This document shows positions 38,046 to 47,447 of a DNA stretch of 64,000 nucleotides, piece by piece. Location: positions 1-64,000 of IMG/VR virus record IMGVR_UViG_2630968905_000003; one strand, 5' to 3'. The stretch comes from a virus (lineage: Duplodnaviria > Caudoviricetes). The stretch's first letter is position 1. Each line of letters starts with the position of its first letter. The notes below the pieces were generated by a model. The model searched no databases and was not told the origin of the DNA. It saw only the letters and a list, made by a program, of their open reading frames with translations. The translations under genes and the position numbers were made by a program.

Positions 38046-38345
38046 ATGCCAATGCCGAATGCGGAAACCGCCCTTGTCATGGAACGGATCAAAAATGCGG
38101 CGGTCACCAAGGCCCTTGAAGAGCTTGCCGTATTGCTCGCTGGCAGGATCGATTATCGGCATTACCGGGCAGTGAATGCGCGCCTTGTTGAAGTCGTCGA
38201 GCGAATGCCAGTAATCCCACTGAAATTTGCGGCGGGCGTGCAGGTTGACGCGCTCGATATGGAGATGATCCAGCAGAATACGGTAGGCCTCACCATCAAC
38301 GCGATTGACGACGCCTTCAAGGCGGCTCGCAAGCGATTGCGCTAG
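38046..38345 (+). CDS. Hypothetical protein antisense to the early operon
   Basis: GGAG SD, protein-like helical sequence. Confidence 0.6.
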   Translation: MPMPNAETALVMERIKNAAVTKALEELAVLLAGRIDYRHYRAVNARLVEVVERMPVIPLKFAAGVQVDALDMEMIQQNTVGLTINAIDDAFKAARKRLR

Positions 38346-38527
38346 AGAACGGCAGAAGGTCGCACGAAATGAAAAGTAATCATGCTCTCGCGCTTCGCGC
38401 TCCAGCCGGGCAATTTCCCGGCGGACTAGGATTTTCAGGCGGCGCAGGCGCACCCGGTCCAGATCGCGGCGCGAATGGCCGGTCAGGAAAGCGCAGGCTG
38501 CGTTGTCAAGGCGGAGAAGAAGTGGAT

Positions 38528-38749
38528 TCATGCAGCCAATTTCCTTTTGCTTTGAAGGCAGATGGAAATGAATTCGCTTGCCGTTACACGGCCACCGGTT
38601 CCGCGCTCGACATCAAGGGCAAGATCTACGCTTGGATTTCTAGCCCCGGACAGCGCGCGCGTTAGAGTGCTCGGCGACCTGCCGATCCGCTCTGCGAAAG
38701 CAGAAATCCGTTCACCTGTTTCATCGAGATAAAGCTGGAGCGTGTTCAT
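38528..38749 (-). CDS. Cro-like repressor (prophage 1)
   Basis: AFAERIGRSPSTL.R...G.RNPS HTH, divergent from cI. Confidence 0.85.
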   Translation of the reverse strand: MNTLQLYLDETGERISAFAERIGRSPSTLTRALSGARNPSVDLALDVERGTGGRVTASEFISICLQSKRKLAA

Positions 38750-38759
38750 GACCCGAAAG

Positions 38760-38851
38760 TTGCCAAATAGGCAAATTAAAGTCAATAGCGAATTTGCCTA
38801 TTTGGCTATGGAATTGCGCGGGAGTGTCGCTGATATTTGCCACATGGACAA
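38760..38851. promoter_or_regulatory. OR-like operators of prophage 1
   Basis: TTGCC-N5-GGCAA-type sites at 38760-38774, 38794-38808 and 38837-38851; leftward -35 TTGACT at 38780-38785. Confidence 0.8.
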
Positions 38852-39512
38852 AAAAACCGACAACCGCATTCGTGAATGGCGCACGGAACGTGACCTCACT
38901 ATTGAACAGCTAGCAGAGGCCACCGGCCTTTCCGTCTCCTATGTTTCGAGACTGGAAAGCGGTGAGCGAAACCTGTCGGTCCGCAACATGAATTTGTTTG
39001 CGCATGCGTTGAATGTTGAGCCAAAGGACTTGCTTGCCGTCGCCAACGAAAGGCCGAAAACGGCGGTTGCGGTGATGGGGCGTATAGGTGCTGGGGCTGA
39101 AATTCGTCCAGACGAAGAGCAAATTCCGCCGGAAGGGCTCTATGAAATTGAAACCTTCTTTCCGCTTCCAGATGACGCTATTGCCTTTGAGATTGAGGGC
39201 GATTCTCAATATCCACGATATGATCCAGGTGACATCATAATCTGTTGGCGGCATAGCAGCACGCCGGAGCACCTTGTTGGCTCTGAGGCCGCAGTAAAAA
39301 CCGCCGATGGTCGGCGGTATCTCAAAAGGATTCTCCGAGGATCGCAGCCGGGGACATTTGATCTGGAGAGTCATAACGCGCCACCGATCCGCGGCGTTGA
39401 GATTCAATGGGCTGGTTCCATTCAGTCGGTCATTAGAATGGGCCAGTGGAAGAAATTGCCGTCATCGGAGCGAGTTCATATGATGAGAAAGATGACGGCA
39501 CAGGGCAAATAG
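38844..39512 (+). CDS. CI-like repressor (XRE HTH + S24 peptidase)
   Basis: LAEATGLSVSYVSRLESG HTH; EGDSQYP and YLKR protease motifs. Confidence 0.92.
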   Translation: MDKKTDNRIREWRTERDLTIEQLAEATGLSVSYVSRLESGERNLSVRNMNLFAHALNVEPKDLLAVANERPKTAVAVMGRIGAGAEIRPDEEQIPPEGLYEIETFFPLPDDAIAFEIEGDSQYPRYDPGDIIICWRHSSTPEHLVGSEAAVKTADGRRYLKRILRGSQPGTFDLESHNAPPIRGVEIQWAGSIQSVIRMGQWKKLPSSERVHMMRKMTAQGK

Positions 39513-39521
39513 GAGGGCGAA

Positions 39522-39878
39522 CTGCGTAATTTAATTCAAATCTGTGCGTCGGCGTTGCTCTTGGGGTTGCATTTGAGTTTTCCCGCTTTCGCGTATGATG
39601 AAAAGAAGGGTGCCGAACTGCTTGAAGGAAGCTGGCAATCGTTGGCCTCCGGAGAAACGTGGGTCTTCGATTGCGCCGCTGGCAAGTGGCAGCAATTCAT
39701 TGGTGCGAAGCAAATGGGTGCAGACTTCGAGCTTATCGCAATGCCCGCGAATCTCATTAAGATCGCATCGTCATCTGGGCGCAAATACATTGTGCACTTC
39801 AGTCCGGACGCCATGCTCATCCGCGTTTTCCTCGAGGGGGAAGATGACGTGCCTTTGATGCTACAACGATCCAAATAA
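39522..39878 (+). CDS. Exported protein co-transcribed with cI (probable CTG start)
   Basis: AGGAGG at 39511-39516 then in-frame CTG; signal peptide ending AFA. Confidence 0.65.
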   Translation: MRNLIQICASALLLGLHLSFPAFAYDEKKGAELLEGSWQSLASGETWVFDCAAGKWQQFIGAKQMGADFELIAMPANLIKIASSSGRKYIVHFSPDAMLIRVFLEGEDDVPLMLQRSK

Positions 39879-39898
39879 GAGGCTTCTGCTGATAGGCG

Positions 39899-39926
39899 AT
39901 CCCGGCGTGTGTCCGGGATTTTTTTT
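39899..39926 (+). terminator. Terminator of cI operon
   Basis: ATCCCGG/CCGGGAT stem plus T-run. Confidence 0.8.
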
Positions 39927-39967
39927 GCCCTACCGTCAAGCTTAACGCAATGCGATAATCTTGGGAT

Positions 39968-40019
39968 TTGCCTATATGTCAAAATCGGCTTGACTGGGAT
40001 TTGCCTATTTGGCAATAAT
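39968..40019 (+). promoter_or_regulatory. OL/PL-like region of prophage 1
   Basis: Operators at 39968-39982 and 40001-40015 matching OR consensus; TTGACT at 39990-39995. Confidence 0.8.
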
Positions 40020-40047
40020 TACTCCATCACAACCGATGGAGTCATCC

Positions 40048-40608
40048 ATGAGCTATCTCAATGCACGTTCTGCCGGGCTCACGCGTCCAGTTGCGCCAGT
40101 CCGCAACACAGGCCCGCGCGAATTGGAGCGGACCCCGCACCTCCGCGCCATCGAAATGGCGAAGACAATGCAGGACATTGCAGCGTCATCTGGCGCCGCG
40201 ACCTTCAAAGACCTGGTCCGAGCCGGGTTTACCTCTGCCGAAATCATCGAGTTTGGGACACAGGCCCAGCAGATGGCTGCGGAATGGAAATCGGAAAGCC
40301 GGAAAGCGGGTCACGATAACCTTGCTGACATGGTCATGAAGGTGAAACAGCCGGTTCCCAACCGTCCGCCCATGACTGTCGATCTGATCGCCTCAACGCC
40401 GTTTTTTGAGGCTTGGGGTCGGTATTGCGCCAGCCGCGCGGCCTTGATGCTGGACCCGTGGGCACCGCAGCGCGAGCGCTGCATCTGTGTTTTGCAGAGC
40501 TTCCTCAACTTTCTACCGTTGCTACCGGCAGAGCGCGCCAAGCTCACGCTGGCAGCAGAGCAGACCCTGCCGAAAATCCCGGTGCGTAACGGGCGGACGC
40601 TGTCATGA
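40048..40608 (+). CDS. Hypothetical early protein
   Basis: GGAG SD; first gene after PL. Confidence 0.7.
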   Translation: MSYLNARSAGLTRPVAPVRNTGPRELERTPHLRAIEMAKTMQDIAASSGAATFKDLVRAGFTSAEIIEFGTQAQQMAAEWKSESRKAGHDNLADMVMKVKQPVPNRPPMTVDLIASTPFFEAWGRYCASRAALMLDPWAPQRERCICVLQSFLNFLPLLPAERAKLTLAAEQTLPKIPVRNGRTLS

Positions 40609-40684
40609 CCGCGACAGAGGCCATCGCCGCAAGCGTCATCGCTTTTGCGCTCCCGTTTTTCTCGCTCGTAATCGGTATTCCGCT

Positions 40685-41305
40685 ATGACTTCCGAAATTC
40701 TCTCGTTCCGTCCGGACGGCTCCGTCATGGATCTCGCTAAGCCTCTGGAAAGCGATATCCATTGGCCCACAATTGCTAGTGCCCTCTCGAAGCTGGCCCG
40801 TTTCAACGGCATCAACAGAGGGCCGATGTATTCGGTTGCGCAGCATTGCGTGATGGGGGCCGATGCATTGGCCAATGAAACGGGCGATACGACTCTATGT
40901 GCCTATTTTCTTCTGCACGATGCCCACGAGGCGTTCATAGGTGAATGGCCCAGACCGGCCGTTTTGTTTCTCGCCGATGCACTCTATCGCATGCACGACA
41001 TTCCGATGCATCTCGTTCGTGATGCTGTCGAGGCCGTCAAGGCGCGGCTTGACCAGACGATTTATCGAAAGGCTGGCCTGCCACCTGTTGTTCCTTACGG
41101 TGTCAAAGAGATGGACGAGCGGATGCTTCGCGCCGAAACAGCGCTGCTCTTTGGCAATAACGGCCTGAAAAACTTGGAAGTCCGGGAGTTGCCAATGCCG
41201 AAGCTAACCGGCGCGATCAAACCTTGGGCGCCGATGAAGGCCGAGGAAGCATGGCTTGATCGCCTCTCCCGCTATCTGGGCATCGATTGCCGGGCGGCGG
41301 CATAA
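40685..41305 (+). CDS. HD-domain phosphohydrolase (YfbR-like)
   Basis: RFNG, YSVAQH and LLHDAHEA motifs. Confidence 0.88.
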   Translation: MTSEILSFRPDGSVMDLAKPLESDIHWPTIASALSKLARFNGINRGPMYSVAQHCVMGADALANETGDTTLCAYFLLHDAHEAFIGEWPRPAVLFLADALYRMHDIPMHLVRDAVEAVKARLDQTIYRKAGLPPVVPYGVKEMDERMLRAETALLFGNNGLKNLEVRELPMPKLTGAIKPWAPMKAEEAWLDRLSRYLGIDCRAAA

Positions 41306-41796
41306 TGTACAATCGTCATGAAATCATGGGCCGTCTTGGTGCCGATCCCGAGGTTCGTCGCTCCAACAATGGTGACGTCATTGTCACCATGCGCGTGGTC
41401 ACCTCCGATTACTGGCGCGACAAGCAGACAGGCGAGCGCAAAGAAAAGGCTGAGTGGCATACGGTTGTGATCTTCAACCAGGCGCTGGCCAAGACTGCCG
41501 AACAATATCTGTCCAAGGGAAACATCGTTTTCGTCGCCGGCAAAAGCCGTACACGCAAGTGGGAAGATCAGCAGGGCAACACCCGCTATTCCACGGAACT
41601 CGTGCTGGAAAGCTTCGGTGGCGAATTGAAGCTCATGCCGCAGGGCAATGGCGGCGGGCGGGGCCCTTCCAGTCAGGACGATTATGGCGAGAAGAGTTCC
41701 CGCGATCAGTCGAGCCAGACCGCGAGCCAGCAAGGCGGCGGCTACAACCCAGCTTTGGATGACGAAATCCCCTTCGCGCCCGAATGGCGCGGATAA
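41305..41796 (+). CDS. ssb: Single-stranded DNA-binding protein
   Basis: GRLGADPEVR, EWHTVV, DDEIPF tail. Confidence 0.95.
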   Translation: MYNRHEIMGRLGADPEVRRSNNGDVIVTMRVVTSDYWRDKQTGERKEKAEWHTVVIFNQALAKTAEQYLSKGNIVFVAGKSRTRKWEDQQGNTRYSTELVLESFGGELKLMPQGNGGGRGPSSQDDYGEKSSRDQSSQTASQQGGGYNPALDDEIPFAPEWRG

Positions 41797-41832
41797 CGGG
41801 CGAATTGCGCCCATCAACCAGCAGAGGAAACC

Positions 41833-42189
41833 ATGCAACGCATCCGCGATTCCAACACCATCATTGGCCTTCTGGAAAACGGCGAACTGGCGCAGCGCCT
41901 TACCAACGAAATGATGGACACACTTGCCGCCTTGCAGGAACACACCGGCGGACGCCCAAAGGTCAAGGCCAAAGGTTCTGTCACGCTGAAGCTCAATATC
42001 GAAGTGGTTGACGGCACCGTCACCATTGAAGCGGAAACCAGTTCCAAGCGTCCGAAGCCGGTTCACGGTTCATCGTTCTACTGGCTTCTGGATGACGGCT
42101 CTCTTTCCACCCAGCACCCCAAGCAAATCGACATGTTCGGCGGTCCTCGCGATGCATCGCGCGGCTTCACCGACGTGATCCACGGCTAA
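41833..42189 (+). CDS. Hypothetical protein (DUF2303 partner)
   Basis: KGSVTLKL and DG.LS..HP.Q motifs. Confidence 0.8.
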   Translation: MQRIRDSNTIIGLLENGELAQRLTNEMMDTLAALQEHTGGRPKVKAKGSVTLKLNIEVVDGTVTIEAETSSKRPKPVHGSSFYWLLDDGSLSTQHPKQIDMFGGPRDASRGFTDVIHG

Positions 42190-42214
42190 ATCACTCCAAC
42201 CAACAGGATCTATT

Positions 42215-43171
42215 ATGTCCGAGAATACCGCTACTTCTGAACTTCTTCCGATTACTCCCAAGGGCTTCGATATTCGAGCCGCAGCCGAACTTGGCGCGCG
42301 CGCAGAAGGGGCCGAACTGGTCACTATCCAGACCAACGAGCAGATGGTCGGCCTGCCGAAATCAGTCCCGGCTTTATTGACGCGGGGTGAAGAGCCCGGC
42401 ATCGAAAGCGTTTCCAGGCTGCTCGAAGAGCACCGTTTGCACCCGGTGCGCAAAAAGGGCACGGCCCACGCGCAGACGCTGGAATCGCTGATTGGTCTCT
42501 CCAATCGCCATAAGACCGAAAATTCCGTCGTGTTTGTCGATCTCAATTGGAAGAAGCCATCCATGACGACTGTCATCGACTATCACGAAGCCAAAAACGG
42601 CGGCATTGCTGACTTTCTATCCCATCGCATCCATTACGAGTTCCCGCTGTCCGAAGAGTGGAAAATCTGGCTCAGCAAGGATGGCGAGTTCATGGAGCAG
42701 GAGAAATTCGCCTACTTCCTTGAAGATCGTATTCCCGATCTGGCATCACCGTCCGACGCTGACGTTGCCAGTATCCAACGTGATTTCTCCTGCACCGTCG
42801 CCAACCCCAACCAGTTGGTCGAGCTTTCGCGCAAGATGCAGATCAACGTGGAGTCCAAGGTTAAGGTCAATCACACCCTGCAATCTGGTGAGCGCCAGCT
42901 GCAATGGGAAGAAAACCACGTCGGTTCGGACGGTAAAGCCGTCACCGTGCCGGGCATGTTTATCCTGTCGATCCCCGTGTTCTTCATGGGCGACAAGGTC
43001 CGCATCCCGGTACGCCTGCGCTATCGTGTCAGCGGCGGCAGTGTCTATTGGTGTTATCAGATTTACCGCCCTGACCAGATCATTACCGAGCACCTGGAGC
43101 AGTCGGTCACCGACATTAAAAAGGCAACCGAACTGCCATGCTTCGCGGGCAAGCCGGAGGGTTCGGCGTGA
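42215..43171 (+). CDS. DUF2303 (YfdQ-like) protein
   Basis: SEEW..W, Q..FA.FLED and IPVF......RLRYR motifs. Confidence 0.85.
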   Translation: MSENTATSELLPITPKGFDIRAAAELGARAEGAELVTIQTNEQMVGLPKSVPALLTRGEEPGIESVSRLLEEHRLHPVRKKGTAHAQTLESLIGLSNRHKTENSVVFVDLNWKKPSMTTVIDYHEAKNGGIADFLSHRIHYEFPLSEEWKIWLSKDGEFMEQEKFAYFLEDRIPDLASPSDADVASIQRDFSCTVANPNQLVELSRKMQINVESKVKVNHTLQSGERQLQWEENHVGSDGKAVTVPGMFILSIPVFFMGDKVRIPVRLRYRVSGGSVYWCYQIYRPDQIITEHLEQSVTDIKKATELPCFAGKPEGSA

Positions 43172-44295
43172 CTGCGGTTTCATTCGCCATAGAAAGGGGA
43201 GCTTTGCTCCCCGCCCTTGCGGCGGTTAATCGCGCCGTTGAAAAGCGCAACACGATCCCGATTCTCGGTAACATGTTGCTTAAGGTCGAGGACGGCCACC
43301 TGTGCGTCACCGGCACGAACCTTGATATCGAGGTTCAGGCCGTCGCAAAGCAGGAAGGCTTGCCCACCATCGCGCCATTCACCGTGCAATCGGGCTTGCT
43401 GCACGATGCCGTCAAGAAATTTGCCGATGGGAGCATGGTCGAATTCGAAGGCGACCAGACCCATGTAAATATCAAGTCCGGACGCTCGCGCTTTCGTTTG
43501 CAGGTGCTGCCGGCTTCCGACTTTCCAGAAATGGCAGTGGATGATTTCACCCACGAGTTTTCCATCGCAGGTAGCACGCTCGCACGTGTCCTTGCCACGG
43601 TCGGCTTCGCAATCTCGACCGAGGAAACGCGCTATTATCTCAATGGCGTGTTCATGCACCGCGACGGGGAACATCTGGCATTTGTCGCGACGGATGGCCA
43701 CCGGCTCGCGCTCATGAAACTGGATGCCCCGGCGGGAAGCGACGGCGTTCCCGGCATCATCATTCCGCGCCGCACCGTTGCCTTGCTTCAGCACTTCGCT
43801 GAAGGTGATGAGGATATCGTTCTTAAACTGTCCGAACGCAAGATGCGCATCGTCCTGCCGGATGGCACTGCCATCACATCAAAGCTGATTGACGGCACCT
43901 ATCCGGACTATCAGCGCGTGATTCCGACGAGCAACGACAAATCCTACACCGTTGACCGCACCGGACTTGCGGACGCCATCAATCGGGTCAGCACGGTTTC
44001 GAGCGAGCGCGGGCGCGCCGTGAAATTCAGCTTCGGCCAGTCCGAATTGAAAATGGAAGTCAACAATCCCGACAGCGGTCAGGCCGAGGACAGCATTGTT
44101 ATAAGCGAAGGTCACGACGATGAAGTGACCATCGGATTCAATCACAAGTACTGCCTCGACGTTCTGGGCGCCGTGTCTGCCAAGGAAATGCGGTTCGAAC
44201 TCACCGACCCCGGCGCGCCCTGCAAGGTTTCGCCCGCCGGGGCCGAGGATGACGACGTGCAGCCGCTTTTCGTCATCATGCCGATGCGGGTTTAG
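43168..44295 (+). CDS. dnaN: DNA polymerase III beta sliding clamp (phage copy)
   Basis: RNTIPILGN, TEETRYYLNG, VATDGHRLA, LIDGTYPDYQRVIP, VIMPMRV. Confidence 0.95.
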   Translation: MTAVSFAIERGALLPALAAVNRAVEKRNTIPILGNMLLKVEDGHLCVTGTNLDIEVQAVAKQEGLPTIAPFTVQSGLLHDAVKKFADGSMVEFEGDQTHVNIKSGRSRFRLQVLPASDFPEMAVDDFTHEFSIAGSTLARVLATVGFAISTEETRYYLNGVFMHRDGEHLAFVATDGHRLALMKLDAPAGSDGVPGIIIPRRTVALLQHFAEGDEDIVLKLSERKMRIVLPDGTAITSKLIDGTYPDYQRVIPTSNDKSYTVDRTGLADAINRVSTVSSERGRAVKFSFGQSELKMEVNNPDSGQAEDSIVISEGHDDEVTIGFNHKYCLDVLGAVSAKEMRFELTDPGAPCKVSPAGAEDDDVQPLFVIMPMRV

Positions 44296-44304
44296 GGGGC
44301 CATT

Positions 44305-44760
44305 ATGAAATTCATTCTTCCAGAAGATCTACCTCAGCTGGCGCTGTCGGTTCGCCAGCCTTGGGTTCACTGCATTTTTCATCTTGGAAAGCCGGTCGAA
44401 AATCGCACCTGGAACACACGCATTCGCGGGACCGTTTGCATCCACGCTTCCAAGGGAATGACGCAGGACGAGTATGAAGACTGCCGGTCCTTGTCCTATC
44501 AAATAGGCCAAAAGGATGACGCAACCCGAGAATTGCTGCGTCAGCATCCCGTGCCAGCGCTTCGCTCAATCCCGCGCGGCTTCATCATTGGCACTGTTGA
44601 TATCGTGGACGTCGTTCGCCGCTCAAACGATCCGTGGTTTTTCGGTCCCTATGGCTTCGTGCTGGAAAATCCGCGCCTGTTAGAAAATCCAATTCCCTGC
44701 AACGGAGCGTTAGGGTTCTTCGATTGGCGCCAGAAACGATCCATGGGAGTCTCGCGATGA
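44305..44760 (+). CDS. ASCH domain protein
   Basis: ALSVRQPW...GK.VENR.W....RG...IHA motif. Confidence 0.88.
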   Translation: MKFILPEDLPQLALSVRQPWVHCIFHLGKPVENRTWNTRIRGTVCIHASKGMTQDEYEDCRSLSYQIGQKDDATRELLRQHPVPALRSIPRGFIIGTVDIVDVVRRSNDPWFFGPYGFVLENPRLLENPIPCNGALGFFDWRQKRSMGVSR

Positions 44761-45158
44761 ATCCGTCACAAACTCAAATATGGGTTGAACACGAGAACCC
44801 CAACGACTGGTCGGTCGATACCGGCGGCAGCAACACCTATACGTTTATTGGCCCAGAGGACGGCCATCCAGTTGCGGCCGTTATTGTACCGCGTGCCTTC
44901 GGCGCGGATCACATACTGGATAGGTATGTCGGGCGCATTCTGACCTCATGTAATTCACACGATACGCTTTTGAGAGCGCTGCGAAGTGCAAGAGCGGTTA
45001 TTCAAGAGGACAGGGACGAAGTCCATGCAAGCGTCACCGTAGGTGGCGACTCTTCAACGATCGCGGATATTGATCAACCATCCATTGACAGGCTGGACAC
45101 CGTGCTTTCAGAGATCGACGCGGCCCTTTCTCAAGGGGAGTTGAGCGACCATGGCTGA
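44757..45158 (+). CDS. Hypothetical protein
   Basis: ATGA-coupled ORF in operon. Confidence 0.7.
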   Translation: MNPSQTQIWVEHENPNDWSVDTGGSNTYTFIGPEDGHPVAAVIVPRAFGADHILDRYVGRILTSCNSHDTLLRALRSARAVIQEDRDEVHASVTVGGDSSTIADIDQPSIDRLDTVLSEIDAALSQGELSDHG

Positions 45159-46266
45159 CAAAACTCACATCGAATGGACGGATGCCACTTGGAATCCGAT
45201 CACCGGATGCAGCGTCGTCTCGCCCGGTTGCACGAATTGCTATGCCATGAAGCTCGCCGGCACCCGCCTGCAGCATCATCCCTCGCGTGCCGGACTGACT
45301 GTCGCCACGAAGTCAGGGCCGGTTTGGAATGGCAAAGTTCGGCTTAACCGAGAATGGCTCGCCCAGCCGCTTGAATGGAAAAAGCCCCGCATGGTGTTCG
45401 TCTGCGCGCATGGCGATCTTTTCCATGAAGACGTTCCGGACGAATGGATACTGGACGTTTTCACTGTTATGGCGATCGCTCAACAACACACCTTCCAGGT
45501 GTTGACTAAGCGCGCCGACCGGATGCGGGATTTTCTCTCGCGGCATGAAGGTGATTTGCTCGAAGAAATTTATGCCAATTGGTACACTTTCAGCGGCAGC
45601 GCCAGAGAGGTCTGGTCATGGCCGTTACCGAATGTCTGGCTGGGCGTATCTGTTGAAGATCAGAAACGCGCCGATGAACGCATCCCGGCACTCCTCAACA
45701 CGCCGGCGGCAATTCGCTGGGTTAGTGCCGAGCCATTACTCGGGCCACTTAATTTGAATTCAATGCGGGGTGGAACCCAATGGATCGGCGGTCAGCGTGG
45801 TTGCGGCGGCACTCATAGCCATGGCGGTCGTGCGGGGCAAATCATTCACGGTGTGATGCACAGGTTTGACCCGTCAGTCGCTCACCATCACCACGACGAA
45901 CGTTGTGCGCCCGGTCTGGATTGGGTTGTGGCAGGTGGGGAGAGCGGGAAGGGCGCACGTCCAATGCATCCAGATTGGGCGCGTTCGTTGCGCGATCAGT
46001 GTGCTGCGGCCGGCATTCCGTTTTTCTTCAAACAATGGGGCAACTGGAATCAGGTCTACGACCGCGACATTGAAGATCCTGACTGGCGCCGATGCGATGT
46101 TGTCCAGCGTGAGAATCCAGACGGCCAGTGGCTAAACCTGAAAGGTGGACAAGGCTTTCATGGCGAACGAGTTGTCTTCGTTGCACCTTCTTTCAAAGCC
46201 GCTACAGGGCGCCTGCTAGATGGAATCGAACATAACGCGATGCCGGGAGCGGTGTGGCATGACTGA
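45151..46266 (+). CDS. Phage Gp37/Gp68 (DUF5131) protein
   Basis: IEWTDATWNP.TGC..VSPGC.NCYA, GGESG, FFKQWG motifs. Confidence 0.92.
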   Translation: MADKTHIEWTDATWNPITGCSVVSPGCTNCYAMKLAGTRLQHHPSRAGLTVATKSGPVWNGKVRLNREWLAQPLEWKKPRMVFVCAHGDLFHEDVPDEWILDVFTVMAIAQQHTFQVLTKRADRMRDFLSRHEGDLLEEIYANWYTFSGSAREVWSWPLPNVWLGVSVEDQKRADERIPALLNTPAAIRWVSAEPLLGPLNLNSMRGGTQWIGGQRGCGGTHSHGGRAGQIIHGVMHRFDPSVAHHHHDERCAPGLDWVVAGGESGKGARPMHPDWARSLRDQCAAAGIPFFFKQWGNWNQVYDRDIEDPDWRRCDVVQRENPDGQWLNLKGGQGFHGERVVFVAPSFKAATGRLLDGIEHNAMPGAVWHD

Positions 46267-46438
46267 CCGTTCCAGAAAGATCAGGCCGGGCAGTCGGCTG
46301 CAAAACCGTGAAACGAAACGCCCCGCGCGCGTTATGACAATTGCCGAGGGCTGGGTAATGGTGCGCCAGACGAGCGCTCACCCGATCCTCATCAACATGC
46401 GCGAGCTTCATCTGAAATATGAGGTCACGAAATGGTAG
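46259..46438 (+). CDS. Small hypothetical protein
   Basis: Overlaps neighbours; RVM..AEGWVMVR motif. Confidence 0.6.
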   Translation: MTDRSRKIRPGSRLQNRETKRPARVMTIAEGWVMVRQTSAHPILINMRELHLKYEVTKW

Positions 46439-47160
46439 CGATAGGCGAACCTGCCCGTATCATATACACCAATTATCGCGGCGAAACCGCCGAGCGCACC
46501 ATCACCCCGAAGCGGGTATGGTATGGCATCACCGATTGGCACCCAGAGCCGCAATGGTTCGTGACCGCATTCGATCATGACAAGAATGCCGACCGGGACT
46601 TTGCCCTCATTGACTTCGGCCATCCGCAGCCGTCTGCAACGCCACACCCGTTGGATGATGACGCCAACCCGCTCGCATCAAATCCCGTTGATGACAAGAT
46701 CGCACCGGAGACTGACATCCACGCTGACGATCTTCCATCTGATGGGTCGTGTGTTCGTTGCGGTTCTGTACCTCGCAATGCGAGCGGACTTTGCAATACG
46801 TGTTTGGATGAAGATGCTGAGCGTCTAGAGAACACCCGCCCTGCGCCTGCCGACGCCGGTAAGGTCGAGGGGGATGGGCGAGCCGATCTTGAACGTTTCT
46901 GGCGTCCTATTTCCGAGGCCGACAAGTCCATCACATTCGAGCAGACTTTCTACACTGGCGACGGCAAGTCGATGACGATCCGCAATTCGGATCATTACTG
47001 GGTGCGAGACGCAGACGGTCGGGTCTATGAGGCAACATGGTCCGATCATAAGGGCGGATACTGGTGGGATTTAGAAGGCGAAAGCCTTGCCGATCCTGTC
47101 GAATACATGCCGCATCCGCTTTCTCTCCCCTCTGCACTTGCTTCGGAGGGCGCGGAATGA
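46432..47160 (+). CDS. Mosaic protein: WYL-like domain + CxxC/CxxC + DUF551-like domain
   Basis: YTNYRGE...R.I.P....G...WHPE.QW...A.D.DK.A.RDF; CVRC/CNTC; W.PIS...YMP.P. Confidence 0.75.
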   Translation: MVAIGEPARIIYTNYRGETAERTITPKRVWYGITDWHPEPQWFVTAFDHDKNADRDFALIDFGHPQPSATPHPLDDDANPLASNPVDDKIAPETDIHADDLPSDGSCVRCGSVPRNASGLCNTCLDEDAERLENTRPAPADAGKVEGDGRADLERFWRPISEADKSITFEQTFYTGDGKSMTIRNSDHYWVRDADGRVYEATWSDHKGGYWWDLEGESLADPVEYMPHPLSLPSALASEGAE

Positions 47161-47447
47161 GCACCTCACAAGCAACAGCGCGGGCTATTGTAGAGCAGAC
47201 TATCTCCGCCGCTCTGCCAGCCGGATCGCCTCTTCCATACGCCAGTATCGGTAAAGCTGCCTTCGAAGGACGTAATTCTATCGTCGCTTCCCTGACCATG
47301 TTTGACGGGCTGCCTGCTGTCTGTCGGCTGAAACGTTGGGCATTCGGCTGGTCGAAGGGTTGGGACAGCCTTCCCGGTGGCGACATTTCCATCGAAAACG
47401 GCGCATGGGCGCGCGTTTCTGCACCATCGGAGGGCGCGGAAGAATGA
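47157..47447 (+). CDS. Hypothetical protein
   Basis: ATGA-coupled; ends SAPSEGAEE. Confidence 0.65.
   Translation: MSTSQATARAIVEQTISAALPAGSPLPYASIGKAAFEGRNSIVASLTMFDGLPAVCRLKRWAFGWSKGWDSLPGGDISIENGAWARVSAPSEGAEE

Noticed and set aside
40685-41305. DatZ / Z-genome pathway
   Set aside because: HD hydrolase only; no PurZ, MazZ or dedicated polymerase nearby
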